Below are positions 13,054 through 27,700 of a DNA stretch of 64,000 nt, one piece after another. The notes beneath the pieces were generated by a model that worked only from the letters and a program-made list of their open reading frames with translations, had not been told where the DNA came from and did no database searches. The first letter of the stretch is position 1. Each line of letters opens with the position of its first letter. The position numbers and the translations under genes are program-made. Source of the DNA: Bugula neritina (Eukaryota; Animalia; Bryozoa); NCBI GenBank assembly GCA_964035545.1, contig OZ037768.1:18273700-18337699 (forward strand). Reading direction: 5' to 3'.

Positions 13054-16000
13054 CTCAGAGCTTGACTCCTAGCAGATTTTTTGTTTCTTATTTATTTTGT
13101 TTTCAAAGATGGCTCTTGGATCGATTTGTGTGCCTAGAAACTCTATAAAAGGGCATAATATTACTTCATTCAGAATACCTGAAATGTTTGTCCTCAACTT
13201 TCAAATATTTTCATTTTTCTGTGGCATAAGAACTTTTTTTTGTGCCTCACTTTAGAGGAATAACTTTCAAATACGGTCTGCAGCTGCAAGATCTGACTAA
13301 TGGTGATAAACATCTTATTATATATATTTCAAGTGTCTATACAATACAATACCTAAATTGTATATTATAACTCTTTTTTTTGTGTTAAATTAGTTATAGT
13401 ATGTTGTGTGTTGATTTTTAAATTTATTGGTTTTTGTTTGATTATTTTGTTGACTAATATATTACTCCTAACTTATGTCCTTCTAAACTTGGTTAATTTA
13501 ATAGTTATGACAAGATATTAAATAAATGATATTATAGTTGAGCCTGGTTTTAAAACTATATAATATTCAAACAATATTGAACTAAGTTATATATACTTTT
13601 GAAAAGCTTAAGATCAATTATATTTCATGTGTCTGCATAACGAAAGTATAACCATTTATTTAGCAATTTATTTTTTAAAGATGCTGTAGTATACTTGAGT
13701 GTAGAGTGCACAACTGTTCACCACTTGAAGTTTTAATTCTGGTTTTCAAGTTGTGGCATTTATAAACTGTTGAAGTGAGGCCATCAGCTTCATTTTAAAC
13801 TGAAACTAATATTCTGTTAGGCAGTCGGTGTGTTTTAGTATAGATAAGTATTTATTGTAGCAGACTGAAAGAAAACAGCAATGTGAAAAAGTTATATCAT
13901 AAGTTATAAGTCTCAAGTTACAAGTGTAATTGCATATTGTAAGTGTACAATGAAAGTGTAAAGATAAGTGAAAATGCTGGGTTTTTATACCAGTCAAAAA
14001 GGGTTAGCTATTGTGTAGTAGCCATAATGAGAGTGGAAAAAGCATAATGTAGCTGGCATAGCTGTGATGATACATGAAAAGCTATAATGCATTAGGGAAA
14101 AGCTTTTTCAACTTATGTAAAGTCCCAACAGCAATGTAATTGTTGATATGTATAATTGGTATGTAATTGCTTGGCTACACTAATATGTATCATTGTATGG
14201 TGCTTTTAGTTACATAGGTACAAACATATAACTAAATAGTGCATTTGTTAGTGCAGTTTTTTACATAACAATTTGATGAGTTGCAAAGATTGCTATAAGA
14301 ATTGAGTTTTTAGAGTCAGTTAGTTATTGATAGAAGCTTATAGTATTGCTGCAAATTGAACAGCTTTGTAGATGTACAACTTAAAGTAATACGACAATAG
14401 CAGACAATTAATATACTGAAAAAATTCTGCAACTAATTTTAAAGCCTAACATTAATTTTATTGTAAACCAGCAGCTAATTTTAATTTTATTCCATGATAA
14501 TTTGTATTTTAACCTAAAATCTTACAAAATTGTCACGATCAAACAAATATACTCATAGTTTTCATGACTATTTGTCAAAGTGATGCTTGTAATGCTATAA
14601 TAAATGTACATATTAGACTTTTCATTTACTAGAGTTATGTAAACATTTCAACTTTGAAATTAAACCAAGGCTGACAGAAACTGAAAAACTGAATTTGGAA
14701 GTGGGATTTTTTTGTACTTGGAAAAATAAAAATGAAAGCATAGGCAAGAAACACGTCCTATATGGTTGATCATTAGTTTTGTAGGTTCTCATGTAGTCAA
14801 TTATAGAATTTAGGATAAGGATATTCAACGCACAGGTAAAAAAGGTATTTTACAATGAATACAATATAATTAACAGGAGAAATAACTATAGTTGATAATG
14901 AACATAATATGTTATGCAACTGAGGACTATGTTAATGGAAAACAGCATAAATTTAAATTTCTATTCATTGTATAAGTTTCACTAATTGCTAATTAAGTAT
15001 TAGTTGCTAAATTACAGTAAAACATGTTTAATAGCTGCATGTGGCAGAAAGGATGCAACGAGTATAATTTTAGGCAGTGTACCACAAAATTTTATTCTCT
15101 AGGTATTTTTTAACACCGGTATGCTATAAATAAACACTCACACACTCTAAATCTCTTGATTGTAAAGAAAGTAGTTATATTCAAACTTTTATAGTCAGAT
15201 TGTTATTTAATTGTTTGCATAGCTGTATTTAAATTCCTCAACCTGAGTTTGTTATTTTGCTTTTCAATAGGTAATAAATTATATATTGCAAAATTGTCCA
15301 TTAAGATCTTTTAAGCGACAACCTTACTATAATATATTGATTGATTTATTACATATCCCAGACATGAAAACATGATACTATGAAAAATTTGTTCTACATT
15401 CGTAGTTGCACCATGTCCATGAAAATGCATATGGCTTGGGCTAATTGTATGAAGAGCTTAGCCTTTCTTAGAAAAGTATGGTAGAAATGAAAAGATATCA
15501 CTAACATCTTGTAAGGCTACATGCAGTTTTATTTATTACTGCTGAAACTATTAGTTGAGTCTGCACTCCATTTTCCCCACATAGATAGTGAAAATGAAAT
15601 GAGAATAAAATTCGAAAACTTAAATAACGACATTTAGTAATATAAAAAATGCATTAAGTAAATGCAATGCTTTTAGATCTATAATATAGTAGACAGTCGC
15701 GCAGAAATAATAGCTCATTTCTTTCAACAGTATTTAGTAAACTGGATGAAATGACTCGAAGGCAACACTTAATATTCCAACTTTACTGCACCACTGTATT
15801 TCATGATGCAAATATTTCAGAACCCCTTTGTTCAGAACTTTTCATTGGTGTTGACAGAAATTGAAACGTAAGGCACAACTTGAAGCAAAAACTAATTACG
15901 GCTGTTATATTTAAATGGGCGCTGTGTTAGGAATTATCTATACATAGTATATAAAACATAGAGTGAAGTTATCTCTGTATTTATAGCCTTAGAGAATTTA

Positions 16001-16104
16001 ACGATACCTCCACGTAAACTAAACTGATGTCTTCATTTGCGAAGTGTTGAACATATATCTATGGATTTTTCCCAATTTAGATCTACACGCAAACACAAGA
16101 AAGT

Positions 16105-19100
16105 ATGGCTGCCATTAAGGCTTTAGTATGGATCATTACAATTCTGCTTATTATATTTTTATTTGGCTTCAGAGATATGGTTAAAACTGGTAAGAATAAA
16201 AAATGATAGTTGATTTATTTGGGAATTTGATTAATTGATGTAATTTTTTATTTCTTTACGGCCTACACAGCCTGTGCACAATGAGTATGACAATCAGTAT
16301 CACAATCCATGGCTGATGGCAATTCTGAGTTTCAAACAATCTCAATCTGAATCAGTATCACAATGACATTCATTATCAATGACAATCAGTATCACTATCA
16401 GTTGCGCAATCACAACGACAATCAACATTAAATTATTAAATTTAATGAATAAATAGTGAAGCATAATAATAATTAATTGTGATTATTTTTTGTTATATTT
16501 TAATTTGTATTAATAAAATTGAATATTAAATATTCTTAAAACTACAACAAGTGAACAAATAAAATTAGATGTTTTTTTATTTATATTCATATTGTCATAA
16601 ATATTCATAATTATAAAAATATAATAATTGCATTAATATTTAGTATTTTAATGACTTATAACAACAATATCAAAATGAAAATGCTGAATTATTTGTTGTA
16701 ATACCAATAATAATAGTATAAATATAAGTATTGATATAACTACAGAGAGAAAGTATTTGATACTAAATAATAATATATTATCATGATCATGGTTATGGTT
16801 AACTTCCAGTTATTTCAAAGTTATTGTAGCACTAACAAGCACACTCATATTAATACTTATATTATTATTTATGCTAAGGTTAATTATTAAAGTGTTAGTA
16901 TCAGCTAGCAAGAAATTATTTATACTTGAAGTTTGTCAAAATTTTCTTCAACTCATTAATAACCTGTAATTGGTCTTTTGTTATACTCAAACTCATGGTC
17001 ATGGTCATTGATAGTGTAATACTCAATAAATGGGATATCTTTTTATAGGTAAGCTGCAAATATTCTTTCAAAAATATACAGCTATTGCTGTAGCCTTAGT
17101 TTATTAAAAAAAGAATAACTAAGACTAATGAACATTTTATGTTAAGCAAGGCAACAATATATCTTAGTTGATTAAATTTTTTATAAAGGCAGCTTTTGAG
17201 CCTACTAGTGCCAATTAGATAATTCCCACCGAATAGTTTATGGAGTTATGAGTCTAATTACTCAGTAATAATGACTATGGACTCAATAGTTACTGTGAAC
17301 ATGTTTTTGAAATCTGCTGCCAAAGTTTTATATAGATCTATAAAACTTCTGCCCCTACTGGGATTCGAACCCGAGACCTCCAGCTTGCAAGCAGGCACGC
17401 TAACCATTACACCGCGGAGATCACTGGATAATTTCACCACTACAATATTTTAACTGTTAGAGCTAATGGTATTTATCACCAAATGTTGTATCATTGCTGT
17501 GTTATGCTGCCTAAATCTATTTTAGTCAACTGGTTTGCTGAAACACTCACTCCAAAGTTTTATGTTGCACTTACTGGAACGTCTTCCTTTATATCTGGAA
17601 TCATTCTTGTAAGTACTCTATAGTTCACATTGATTGTTAAATGTGTAAACGTGATAAAAGGATAATTTTGTATTTCTGTCTTAACATACTGATAACTTTC
17701 GGTTTTTTTTTCTCCAAATAACTTTTATATTGTTCAAATTATTTGTAAGATTATATTTCATTTTCTTATACCTTTTCTTTTGTTTCATTAAGTAGTAAAA
17801 TCACTTGAGACTGGAAATTAATTAATTAAACTATAAAAAGAAAATGGTAATGGACAATGGTTACACAAACTTTATGCTGCTAGATACTGATTAAAATTGT
17901 TTTGACATTTATTTCTGTGGTTGTCTTTTAAGGAAAATTTACTACATTCTGAAAATTTATTGCAGCTTTTTTGGAAAACACTTCATAGTTATAAGAAATT
18001 ATGCCATAAATTATATTTTTTCCCTTACCTATTTTTATTCACCAGTAGCCAGGAAAATTGGCCTGAGATATTATATATACAATGGAAAATATTTTATATC
18101 ATAATAATTTTGGTTACACATAGTATATGCGATACAGTAGAAATAACTTGTGACTAAACTAAAATACCCATAAATTGTTTCCCAATATGGAAAATTTCGG
18201 TTGTTTATAATAGAGTAAAGCTGATACTTGTTTAATTTGTTCTGTTATCCGGGAGGGGGGGCATCATTTCATGCCAGATGTGTTTTATGCAGGTTTCTAA
18301 TTGATTGAAAGTTTTCCTCCCAATTTTGTAGATATTTGAATGGTGGTATTTTAAAAAGTATGGCGTTTCCTTTATTGAACACGTGTCCTTGACCCACATT
18401 TCCCCTTGGTTTGGAGTTGATGTAGACTTAGCAGAGGGTCAGTCTCAGCATGTATCTGGTAAGTGTTGTTCTCTCCTTTTCCTTCTTCTTTCTATCTTTG
18501 TGTCTTCGGGATCTTCTCTCTTACTTTTCTCTGCTAAATTTTTTTCTTTTCAATGTATTTTGGTAACATAATTATAACCAAAATAGTATATAGGCCTACA
18601 AACCCACAAACATTTTTTTTTAATTTAAAAGGAATTGTTTTTATTATTTTTATACTTGTTACATGTCTGTTTTTGTTTTTAAAGACCAGTTTCTAAAGCA
18701 AGTCTTATTTCTCTGTTGTTTTTTCAGAATGTAAAGTTTGGCGAAATCCATTAAACTTATTCCGTGGCGCCGAGTATCAGAGATTTTATGCAGCTACTCA
18801 GAAAGAACCTTTGACCTTTCACGACATGAACCTGATGTCTCAGGATCAGCAGACGTTCTTTGTGTGTGAACTGGATAAAGGGAAGCCAGAGTGTGAATGT
18901 ATGTGTCATCAGTGTGTAGGGCACTCAGTATCCTATATTTTATACAAAGCCATTTGCAACACATAGTGGCTACACACAACCTCATGGTTCCTTGCCATTT
19001 ACTCATTTTTATACAAGCATTGTTACTAAGAGAAATGGAATTTATTTTAAGAAATTTTGCTCTTTACCATTTAATTTACTCATGAATTTCTTGGATGTTG

Positions 19101-22100
19101 TCATTTATTGTTGTGCTGGTATTTTTTATCACCATCATATGGTTTCTGTACCAAAGTTGAACCATCACTTTTGTATTTCATCCCCTTCAGTGCAGAATGA
19201 TATTTACGTGATACTAAACTTCTGTAGTGATGTTGAAAGCTTGGCGGGAGAGGAAACCTGAGCAAAGGATTGAGTTTGCTAAACAGGCTTTGGAGGAGAA
19301 AGCGGATTATGTGCCAGCTTTACTATTGATAGCTGAAGAGGAATGCACCATGCTTGTTGATGTATGTTGATGTGTGTATTTATATGTTGATGTGTGTATT
19401 TATATGTTGATGTGTATTTATATGTTGATGTGTGTTTCTATGTTGATGTGTATTTATATGTTGATGTGTATTTCTATGTTGATGTGTATTTCTATGTTGA
19501 TGTGTATTTCTATGTTGATGTGTATTTATATGTTGATGTGTGTTTCTATGTTGATGTGTATTTATATGTTGATGTGTGTTTATATATTGATGTGTATTTA
19601 TATGTTGATGTGTGTATTAATATGTTGATGTGTGTCTTTATATGTTGCATTTAGAAGGCAACTCTGTAAAAGTAATGTATAATATGATAAGATAATAATA
19701 TATAGTAATATAAAGTAATAATATAATAACATAATAATATTATTATGTTATTATATTATATATTATATAATAATATATAATAATATATAATAATATAATG
19801 ATATATTATAATAATAATACAATAATATAATAATAAATAAGCGAGAAAAAGACGGTTTACTATTTAATGTAGTCTAGTTTAGTTTCTAAATGCATGTTGA
19901 GTGTTTTTCAATGTTTGCTTTTGTAATGTTTTGTAAAAGTAATCATACAATTTTAACAAGATAGATTATATTATGTGGGTTCATTTCAGTATTGTAAGTT
20001 AAACACTTGATTTGAATGTTGAAATAGATAGAACGGATATTGCGCCAGGCGTTTAAGTTGGCTGAAACACAGTTCCGGAAGAGTGCACAAGCCCAGCAGT
20101 CGAATTCTGTCAGTCCCGAACAGGAAGTCACGCACAGTGAGTCATTCTTTCTTGATTTTACAGAAATTCTGTATTTTCTCTTCTATCAACGTGAAGTGTA
20201 TTTGTACTGAGCTGGTTGTCTTGAGATATTTTTGATAATTTAGAATGTGCTGTATAGTTTTTTTTATTTGTAATTGCTTTGCAAAAGTTGGCTATAATCT
20301 TTTTGTGAAAATAAACTGTCCTTTTGCATATGAGAGTCTTAAAAGTAAAACCTTTTTAAAACTCTATCGTCTAATTTTTTGGGTAAATAGAGAGTGGACA
20401 TGCTCTCAGTTTTAAATTTTAATTTGACTGACAATTTTTCAGGAGAAATTGTATTAAAGTAATTTTAGTCTATAAGTCGATAATTTATCTAGACATGCAG
20501 GTTTGTTTTTAAACCGTGTGCTGTGTATGTAGAGAGAGATAGCAACATCTATGTATACGCTAAAAGGAGGCTGGCAATGTGCTTACGAAGACTCAAAAAG
20601 GTTAAAGAAGCTGTAAAGTTATTTCGTGAGGTATTTATTCTCTGATATCCTACTGGTGTATCAAAACCTAGCTAAATTTCATGCTTATCTTTTATATAAT
20701 AGTTCATATAATAACTAGATAAAAACCCGAAAGTGCAATTTTTTCTTTGTTATAATTAGAATAACAAGTTAAAATAATAATTTGCCTTGTTGCCATCTAG
20801 TGTGGTGTTTTTATGTTGTATAATTTAGTATTTCAAATTTCACTTCTACAAAAATGTCTTGTATCTGATTGAAATATTGACTTGTAGCATTTGTTTGTAA
20901 TTGGAATTTGTAACAAGAAGTATTTGGTTAACAAAACCCACAGTTGTCATATAATTATATATCTGTAGATGATAATATAGCATTACCTGTAAGGGTAGGT
21001 AATAAAACTATGCATGTATTTGCATCCAGTTGGTGAAAGACTTCCCAGTCTCTCCATTCAACGTACACGAGAACCTGATAGAGGCTCTGCTGGAGCTGCA
21101 GCAGTACCCAGATGTGCAGTCTGTCCTCACTAGATACGATGACATATCTCTACCTAAGTCAGCCTGCATATGCTACTCTGTAGCTCTACTCAAAGCCCGT
21201 GCAGTAGCTGACAAGTTAGTACCCTCTTTCTCCTTCTCAAATGACAAAATACGTAGAAATTTAGAAATTGATCTGTTGTTTTGGTTTCTGAAGCATTATT
21301 TACAAAAATGTTGTTGAATTGTAAAGTAAAGAATTATAATTCATGTTGCTGTTCATTTAAAAGCTAAATATTCATTGCTAATACAATATCATTGGAAAAT
21401 CTGGGTGTAGATTACATACTTCGTGTACGTGTATATCCATATTGATGGCTCAGAAGTGTCATTGACACGTTTTGCAGGTTCTCACCAGATATTGCGTCTA
21501 AAAGGGGGCTCAGCACGGCTGAAATGGCTGCAGTAGAAGCTATACACCGAGCAGTGGAGTTTAACCCTCATGTTCCAAAATATCTTCTAGAGATGAAGCC
21601 CTTGGTGCTCCCCCCTGAACATATTCTCAAGAGGGGGGACTCTGAGGCTGTGGCGTACTCATTCTACCACCTCAGACATTGGATGCGCATAGAAGGAGCT
21701 CTCAACCTTCTACACTGCACCTGGGAAGGCAGTATGTGGAGTTTGTAATGAAGATTATATTGAGACTTGGCTTACCTGTAGCACTTTGGTCTCTCAATGC
21801 AGCTCCGCTTGAAAATTTAATCGCTTTTTTATTTTCTTATAACTTTTTTTACCAAATTTATGTTTGCAGCACATGGTTAAGGAAATATTATTATATTTAT
21901 TAGTTATTTTATATGGCAGATACTTTACTTGGAAATATCGTAAGCTGTAGTATGAATGTGAAACATTGCTATATAGACTGTATTGTGCTGACAACTTCAC
22001 CATCTTGCTGAGTAGACTCATTTGTAAACATAATTTACAAGTTTACTCAGATAAGCTTTAAGTTTTGCATCAACTCGCTGTGTCTGATGCTGCACTAAAC

Positions 22101-23120
22101 CTGCATATTTGTTTTATATTGCAGCATTTAGAGCCTTACCGAATCCTTTAGAGAGTGGGCAAGTCTTTTACCCATATCCGTCAGTAATTGAAAATATGGA
22201 CAAAGAGATATTGCCTCGTAAGTATAACCTGGTGCATTACCAGTGTTAATAACATTCTACTAGATTTATTAAGTTTGTGTTCGAATTTTAAAAGGTTATG
22301 GGTAATTTTGCATGTCATGGTAAGATTCTGGATAGCAGATCACATCTGGTGTAGCTGGAAATCCTGGCAAAGTAATCATTAATTTTAATAAAAAGATTTG
22401 CCCAAAATGACCTCTGCGTTACTTTGGTTTGTTTATGAATTCACCACAGCCTGTTAGACCAGTAGTGACTTTAAACCATAAACCTCGCAGTCACTTTATA
22501 TATCATTACAATACGAGATACTATCTTTATGAAATTATTATTTATTCATATGATTTTATTTATTTTAAAACTTTGCAGTAGTAATTATAGCAGCGGCTGT
22601 TGAAATTAATATTTTTCTCATCTTCCAAAATGTGAGTCAGTTTTATTTGTGATGACTCATTCATCTTGTGATATTTCGTTAAAATAAAATGTCTGTCGTA
22701 TTCAGAAGAATGTTTGAAGCCACTTCATTTCATTGAATTTTTCTCAACTGTCTCGCAGCATTTCACGACGTGTCGGTGTACCCGAAGAAAGAGCTGCCTT
22801 TCTTCATCCTCTTCACTGCTGGCCTGTGCTCAGTCACTGCACTTCTTGCCATACTAACTCACAAGTATCCAGATAAAATGGCAGACTTAATTAGAAATGT
22901 GAGGCTCTTAATCTAATATTTCGCACTACTAGAATAATGATAATTCTATTGACTTATATAGCATAATGTCTAATACTCACATTACTGTATTTTCTATTTT
23001 ATTTTATTTTATTTTCTATTTTAGATTGCATTTACCATATCAGACCCGCTGGTGTTATTAGCTGAAAGGATCTTCACAATTTTACCTTCTGCTCTTCATC
23101 AGTATTTAACTCAATTTTAA
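16105..23120 (+). CDS. ST7: Suppressor of tumorigenicity 7 protein homolog
   Basis: Exons 16105-16189, 17526-17608, 18332-18458, 18728-18898, 19228-19361, 20028-20136, 20533-20630, 21030-21214, 21478-21731, 22125-22217, 22759-22898, 23025-23120 splice in frame. Diagnostic ST7 motifs [87 protein letters not shown]. Confidence 0.96.
17342..17445 (-). repeat. tRNA-like repeat family B, copy 1 (not a functional tRNA)
   Basis: Minus strand ggtgtaatggttagcgtgcctgcttgcaagctggaggtctcgggttcgaatcccag: A box, B box and a loop CTTGCAA, but acceptor and anticodon stems do not pair well; copies at 25203 and 56003. Confidence 0.75.
19355..19650 (+). repeat. Minisatellite, 18-bp unit (tgttgatgtgtatttata), about 15 copies
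   Basis: Directly visible; begins at the end of ST7 exon 19228-19361. Explains the repetitive ORFs 19374-19628 and 19394-19654. Confidence 0.95.
19680..19840. repeat. AT-rich low-complexity (TAA/TATAA) tract
   Basis: Almost pure A/T with degenerate taata repeats. Confidence 0.85.
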
Positions 23121-24772
23121 TACAGTGGAACTGTTGTTTCTATAAACGTATTTAAGAAATTTGCTAATCAATTGTTCATTTGGAAATTTAAATGAATGTT
23201 TTGGAAAGCAATTTTCACTTTCTCACTTTAACAATTTTATTATACATATGTATTCATATGTAGTCACCATCTATTATTGATAATTGATATTGTTTGTTTA
23301 TTTACATTGATAGCACATTTTTCGCTTATTTAAACCTGAAGTCCTTGTGAGGAGTTGTAAATGTGTTTGAATAATGTAATGAATTTCTATGTAGTCTACA
23401 TAAACTTTTTTAGTGCACTAAGACTTTTTTAATGATCTTTATTAGTCTAGGGTGCTATTAATATTTCCTTTGACTTTTTTTACAAGTGAATTCTGTAGTA
23501 AGCGGATTTGATATGTTATTTTTGTTTTATGTGTGTAATAAATTTGTACAACCTTAAATTTGTAAATTGAGTTTGCTTAATCTATTTTACACACTTATTG
23601 CTTTATAGTATATAGTAGATAAATTTTATTCAAAAGGTTTTAAGTATCATTAATTTATTAAGTTATGCAAAGAATTTTTATATTGTTTTTGCTTGTAAAG
23701 AAAATTAGCAAGTTTGATGAAAATTACTTTAATAGGTAGTTTTTTTAAAAATAATTTCAATAAGTTATTTACTCTTCTAAAGTAATTTAACACGGAAAAG
23801 ATCTCTTTGCACAATTAACATTTATAGAAGGTATTCTGCTTCATAAAACTGTTGGTATCATTTATAAACAAACAAACGTGTTAGTTGGAGAAAAATTTCA
23901 ATGCTATAGAACTGTTCTGTGAATACATTATATAAGAACGAATGATAAAATTTTTTAACATTCGGTCTGCTAAAGCACACACAAAACACACTGCAGAAAC
24001 TTCCGCAAACTGAGAGCATCACAATTATCATTGATCACCTATTTAAAATTAGCTCCCTTCACCCTGCATGTTAAATGAATATTATACAGGTGTGTAGCCT
24101 AAAGTATCTCGTATATTTTATACAAAAATATTATAACAGATAATTATACACATAATATAAATAATTTATGTTTCTAATAATATAATAGTTGTGAATAGTC
24201 AATTTGTAAACTAAATCACAAAACAAGAATAGATATTCTAACATTATTTGTATCATGAAAGATTATATACTAATGATAAACAATAATAAACATAGAGCGT
24301 TGCTCCTTATGTAATAACAGATAGCTTGACTGTAGCAGTTTGAATCATTTCCATAAAATAACTATTATATTTATTTCTTATTGGTATTGTCCCTGTTTAA
24401 TTTGTATGACTTTCTAAAATGTTTTACTCTGTAACATGGAACATATGCATTGCAGAATATCAACACCCATTCAACCTCATGGTATTAGCATACCTTACAC
24501 AGAATGTTTTTTCAAATATAGGCAAATATTGAAGAGACATGAGGGTATTAAAACCTTTAAATTTAGATCGTCTAAATATTGACATAATATATACTCCACC
24601 AAACTCATTATTTTGTTTTCAGCTTAACCATTTCAAAGCTGGATTAGATAAAATTCAAGACAAGAAAATGTCTTCGATTAAACTAAAAGAGTCAAAAGAC
24701 ATTTATTGCATGTTGTCATGAGTTTTGAATGCAAATTATTGAAGCAAGCATTTAGTTCTCTAGGGTTTCTCC

Positions 24773-27700
24773 TTATGTTACTGTAGAATTATTTCTACTT
24801 ATTTTCTTGTGTCTTGACTTGCATGTATTGACATCTTTCTTGACTCGACATATTTCGCACTGTACATAGCAACACCACTGAAACTTGCAGTCACAGTTCA
24901 AGTCTTCTACTATTGTCTGACTGACGAATCCTTTACCACAGCACATATCATCGCAATGTTCCTCCTCTTTCGCTCTCTTGTTGGTGCTACAAGTTCTCCT
25001 TTCAGTGCCAAGAGATCCTGTCAATAAGTAGCACCCATAAACAACAGCCTTCACAATGTGGCAGATTAAACTAATTACATGTTTTTTTTTTCAGAGTTCA
25101 ACTTTCTGCTATAATTTTAATCATCAAATAATTGAATTCCTTGCTATTACCTATTGTTATTTTTTAGCCATCAGCTTAGCAAATTAACAAATCAAAGGAA
25201 TGAAAAATAATTGCCCCTACTAGGATTCGAACTCAAGACCTCTGGCTGCGCTAACAATTACAACACGGGACTATTGGATAAACTCAACACTACAAGTAGC
25301 CATGACTTTCAGATACATGTTATTACAAGAAGTCACATACCAATAAAAGGATTATATAGACAGTAATCAGGGGATTCATCCATGTAAACCATGTCTCCTT
25401 TTCTGAGACTACGGTTCGAGTTCACGGCTACCAACTTTCCCGTAGAGTCTTGGGTCGTGTCTACTTTAACTGCTCTATTATATTTAGTTTTAAGGAAATC
25501 ACCAATTATAGCAAAATCCTGAGTAGCTTTCCAACACGTCCTAACGCCGCAAGATCCACTAACGCCGTGACATTTACATTTTAGTTGCAGATGTTTCTGT
25601 ATTGCCTACAAAAGTCACACTAATACACAAACTCTGGTAAAAACCCTAAAATATATACAGTTTAGTTGGGGACAGGTTTAATAAACAGCATGTATATATT
25701 TTAATCAGCTTTTCTATTGGCTGTGTTGTTAATATTCAAAGCATATCAGCAGAAATTTAAAGGACTGAAAGGATATTTTCAAATACTAGTTTACCATTAA
25801 AATTAACCAGCTTCAGTTGCCTAAAACCTATGTATCTATGTGCTGAAGAGTCCGAATTATTTTGAAACCATAACAAAGTCTTTTGCTTATGACAGCTGTC
25901 AATGGCAAATTTAGAATAAGAGATGTGTTTTAGTACATTTACCCTTCGACCAGCATTGTTGTTGTGTAAGTTCATTAATCCTCTTAAATCTCTTGTTTCA
26001 GATTCTTTTGCATCAGTAAAAGATTTAGCATACTTTAACCCAAACTTCACATTATTGCTACACCCAGACCAGTCAAACTCTCCCTTAGAATCTCTACTTT
26101 TCCCGTTTTTCTTGCTGGGGTCACACTCACAGTTGGAGAGTGAGCCGTCACTACAGGCCATTGACAGAGATTGGACAACTCCCGCTGATGCTATGGTGTG
26201 AATGAAAGCAACCTCTTTGCTTCCTTAGAAATAAAGCAACAAATCATTATCTTTAAATACAGGCTGGTTATTTAAACATTGTACTATGAACATGAGATGA
26301 AAAAGTATGTTATTAAGCAGTCAAATTATTCTCACCAAGTTGAAATTTGGTGCATTAAAATGCTCTTTGGTATTAGAAATTTATGAAAATCCATTTATAT
26401 TTTGAACTACATATTTCATGTGATGAAATGTATTATAGTAATAGATATGTTGTTTTAGCCATTATAAGAAAAAAGAAAATATTTTACCAAACTTTTAATT
26501 TGTTTAACACTCTGTGTTAACTCAATGCTAGTGTTGCACTAAGTCTATTTAACTGCAATGGTTGTTGATTTCAAACAGCTTGCTGTATCATACCTTATAT
26601 TTAAACTTGTAATACTCATTGTATTTTTAAAAATATCACTGTTTTTATTACATGCCAGCCATAATTGTACAATGCATTTAGAGCAGTGGTGCCCAACCTG
26701 GGGGAATTTCCTCTGGAGGGAATTCGGACTTTTTAGGGGGGGTAATTTCATTTCTAAAAAATTTACGCAGTTCGTTGACGATTTTTGAGTTTTCATCTTA
26801 TTTTCCAAGTTACATGTCTATATCTATAACTTCATCTATCACCATCCGACTACATTTTACAATCAAAGTTTACTTCTATATGCGTGTATTTCCATATACA
26901 TACATTAATCAATTTACCATAACCAAGAGGAACTTTTAGCAGCTATGCAAGCTAATCTCTATGATCTATAATATACTGTATATCTATAGTAGATATATTT
27001 GCTGCACTAAATAATCTGTATCTAAAAATGCATGAACACAATCGTGACATCATTGCTTTTTATAGCAGCATTAATGCTTTCAAAACTAAACTGAAGTTGT
27101 GGTAGACACACATTTATATGAAACATATTGTGTCTTTCCCCACATTCAATTAATTATTAGGAGAATAACATGTTCCAAAATTCCAAATTTCTGAAAATCT
27201 CTCTGAACTCTCAACAGCGGTTGAACGGATTTTTCATAAAATGAAAATATTCTTAACTTGACACGTGACCCCACTCTAATGACCCCATTCTAACGCTTTG
27301 CTAAAAATTGCATATGAATTACACGGGGTAACTTTATTGAGATAGTTAATAAATCTAGATGAAATCTTTACCAATTGACCAGATTGATGGGTTTCAACAA
27401 GCAAAGTCTATTTATAGCTGACAATTTTGATGTTATTCAGCACCACCTTTCTATGCAAGGTGGGTCTTTCATCAATATTATTAAACTGAGAAAAGAAACT
27501 GCCTTGACCTGAGATTTGCCCTGCCAAAAACAGAGATATGGCAAGATAGCACAAAAGTATCAGCTGCAGCCATCACTTTATTAATAATCAAACGGCTCCA
27601 TGCTTTATACATACAGATTAATATTGCAATCATTATATTATAATCAAATCTAAAAGAAAATATAGATATGTATCAATATGTTATGTCAGTCTTTTTAAAG

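Noticed and set aside
15014-15950. Possible degenerate Tc1/pogo element
   Set aside because: Could not establish matching TIRs or a convincing transposase reading.
16061-16126. uORF overlapping the ST7 start
   Set aside because: Its ATG lies upstream of a good acceptor (tttag, 16080) and is probably intronic.
17350-17420. Possible tRNA-Ala(TGC) gene
   Set aside because: Acceptor and anticodon stems do not pair and diverged copies are dispersed; treated as a repeat.
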